Assembly: GCA_012960845.1 (NCBI GenBank)
Contig: DUAN01000191.1
Span: 5,699 to 69,698, forward strand
Length of the DNA: 64,000 bases
Direction of reading: 5' to 3'
From: Planctomycetota bacterium
GTDB taxonomy: Bacteria > Planctomycetota > UBA8108 > UBA1146
Shown here: one piece after another, positions 63,124 to 64,000 of the stretch
Layout of the letters: each line of letters starts with the position of its first letter
Position numbering within the stretch: the first letter of the stretch is position 1
The notes under the pieces: generated by a model
Seen by the model: the letters and a program-made list of their open reading frames with translations, nothing else
Database searches by the model: none
What the model was told of the DNA's origin: nothing
Made by a program: the position numbers and the translations under genes

Positions 63124-64000
63124 ATGCACATCGTTACGAGAATAGTTCTGCCGTTGCTCCCTCTACTTCTGATCTTTCCTTCCGGTTGCCAGACCACCGA
63201 CCCGCCCATGGTCGGTCCCGGAAACGACGGTCACTGGGTCCCCACCCGGCAACTGATCCGACCGGCGGGGCAAACGGTGCAGTTCTCCGGTAGACCGGTC
63301 GATCTCGTGGTCCATCCGACCGGCGACTTCATCTACATCAAGGATCACCGTGGAATCGTCGTCCTCGATCGAGCGATGAAGGCCCCACTGCAAGAACTCC
63401 GATTTCCCAGCGGTGGCGGATCGATGCATGGCATCGCCATCGACGGCAGCGGCACACGGCTGTGGGCGACCAATGCACAGTCGAACCTGCACGAGGCTGC
63501 CATTGCAGAAAACGGAACCATCTCATGGACAAGGTCCATCCCCCTACCCGGACCCGATGGCAAGGGGGACTCTCACTCCACCGGTATCGCAATCACCAGG
63601 GACGAGAAGACCGCATTCGTCTGCCAGTCGAGGAACAATTCTCTTGCCGTGATCGACCTCGCTACGGGGAAGCGAACTGCTGAAATCGCCGTCGGTATCG
63701 CTCCTTACGATGTGATCCTCTCCCCCGATGAAAAAACCGCCCATGTCTCCAACTGGGGTGGTCGTCGAGCGGGAACAGAAGACCTGACCGCGGATTCTTC
63801 AGGAACCGAGGTCATCGTCGATGAAAGAGGCGTCGCCGCCAGCGGCTCGGTGTCGATCATCTCCCTGACAGAGACAAGACGAGAAGTGCTGGTCAACATC
63901 GAGACTGGACTACACCCATCCGACATGGTTCTCACCGCCGATGGCTCGACTCTCTACGTGGCCTGCGTCAATTCCGACCGCGTCGACATCATCGATACCG
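63124..64000 (+). CDS. Lipoprotein with YVTN-type beta-propeller repeats (partial, runs off the window end)
   Basis: ATG at 63124. Lipobox LLLIFPSGCQ. Repeats of the ...VHPTGDFIYIKD... / ...TGIAITRDEKTAFVCQSRNNSLAVIDLATGK... / ...YDVILSPDEKTAHVSN... / ...MVLTADGSTLYVACVNSDRVDIID type. No stop before 64000. Confidence 0.6.
   Translation, partial: MHIVTRIVLPLLPLLLIFPSGCQTTDPPMVGPGNDGHWVPTRQLIRPAGQTVQFSGRPVDLVVHPTGDFIYIKDHRGIVVLDRAMKAPLQELRFPSGGGSMHGIAIDGSGTRLWATNAQSNLHEAAIAENGTISWTRSIPLPGPDGKGDSHSTGIAITRDEKTAFVCQSRNNSLAVIDLATGKRTAEIAVGIAPYDVILSPDEKTAHVSNWGGRRAGTEDLTADSSGTEVIVDERGVAASGSVSIISLTETRREVLVNIETGLHPSDMVLTADGSTLYVACVNSDRVDIIDT

Noticed and set aside
1-64000. A CRISPR array, tRNA/rRNA genes or mobile-element genes that might explain the accessory-like character of the region.
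   Set aside because: The only direct repeats seen are 2-3-copy micro-tandem repeats with no spacer architecture. No cloverleaf-like tRNA candidates turned up in the intergenic regions I inspected (1-437, 2442-2707, 6125-6426, 15498-15683, 53439-53646). No integrase, transposase or recombinase motifs were seen in any frame.

Overview
A 64-kb, visibly GC-rich bacterial chromosomal window. The gene content points to a Planctomycetota-like organism. The evidence is a translationally coupled PSCyt2/PSD1 (DUF1549/DUF1553) and DUF1501 gene pair with a twin-arginine signal, many very large Cys-rich secreted proteins, and frequent ATGA start/stop overlaps. No rRNA, tRNA, CRISPR array, integrase or transposase was recognised.

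The main feature of the window is a set of nine secreted, modular proteins (322 to 1601 aa) that all end in the same ~85-aa C-terminal module. The module has two dockerin-like, EF-hand-type Ca-binding repeats (D-x-N-x-D-G...N-I-A-D-A) followed by a conserved Cys-containing tail (C-G-x-D-P-T...L-x-C-x(4-5)-C), and the protein ends 0-3 residues after the last Cys. The carriers are:
- an M4 thermolysin-like protease
- a purple-acid-phosphatase-like metallophosphoesterase
- a lamin-tail-domain protein with tandem proprotein-convertase P-domains
- PPC-like-domain giants
- Ig-like repeat proteins
- two small tandem paralogues
These sit next to a VKOR-DsbA fusion, an oxidative-folding protein. I could not identify a cohesin-type partner in the window. 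I read this as a candidate, not formally described, surface-display or sorting system for extracellular hydrolases.

Housekeeping and metabolic genes are interspersed:
- MurJ
- a NeuC-like hydrolysing UDP-GlcNAc 2-epimerase, in an operon with a LamG metallophosphoesterase
- a LOG family protein and a DinB-like protein
- a CUT2 sugar ABC transporter with an SDR, an FAH-family hydrolase and an L-rhamnose mutarotase; this reads as an L-rhamnose-type non-phosphorylative catabolic locus
- a second VKOR-DsbA-adjacent amidohydrolase-2 lactonase-like gene
- an Xaa-Pro aminopeptidase and an HD-domain protein
- an orphan D12-class N6-adenine DNA methyltransferase
- a POT peptide transporter with a large insertion
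- a hybrid histidine kinase and an isochorismatase-family protein
- lutABC
- a sugar isomerase, a Gfo/Idh/MocA oxidoreductase and a class-I xylose isomerase
- a Ser/Thr kinase with TPR repeats
- a partial beta-propeller lipoprotein at the window end

The high GC content produces many long antisense ORFs in the six-frame track; I rejected these.
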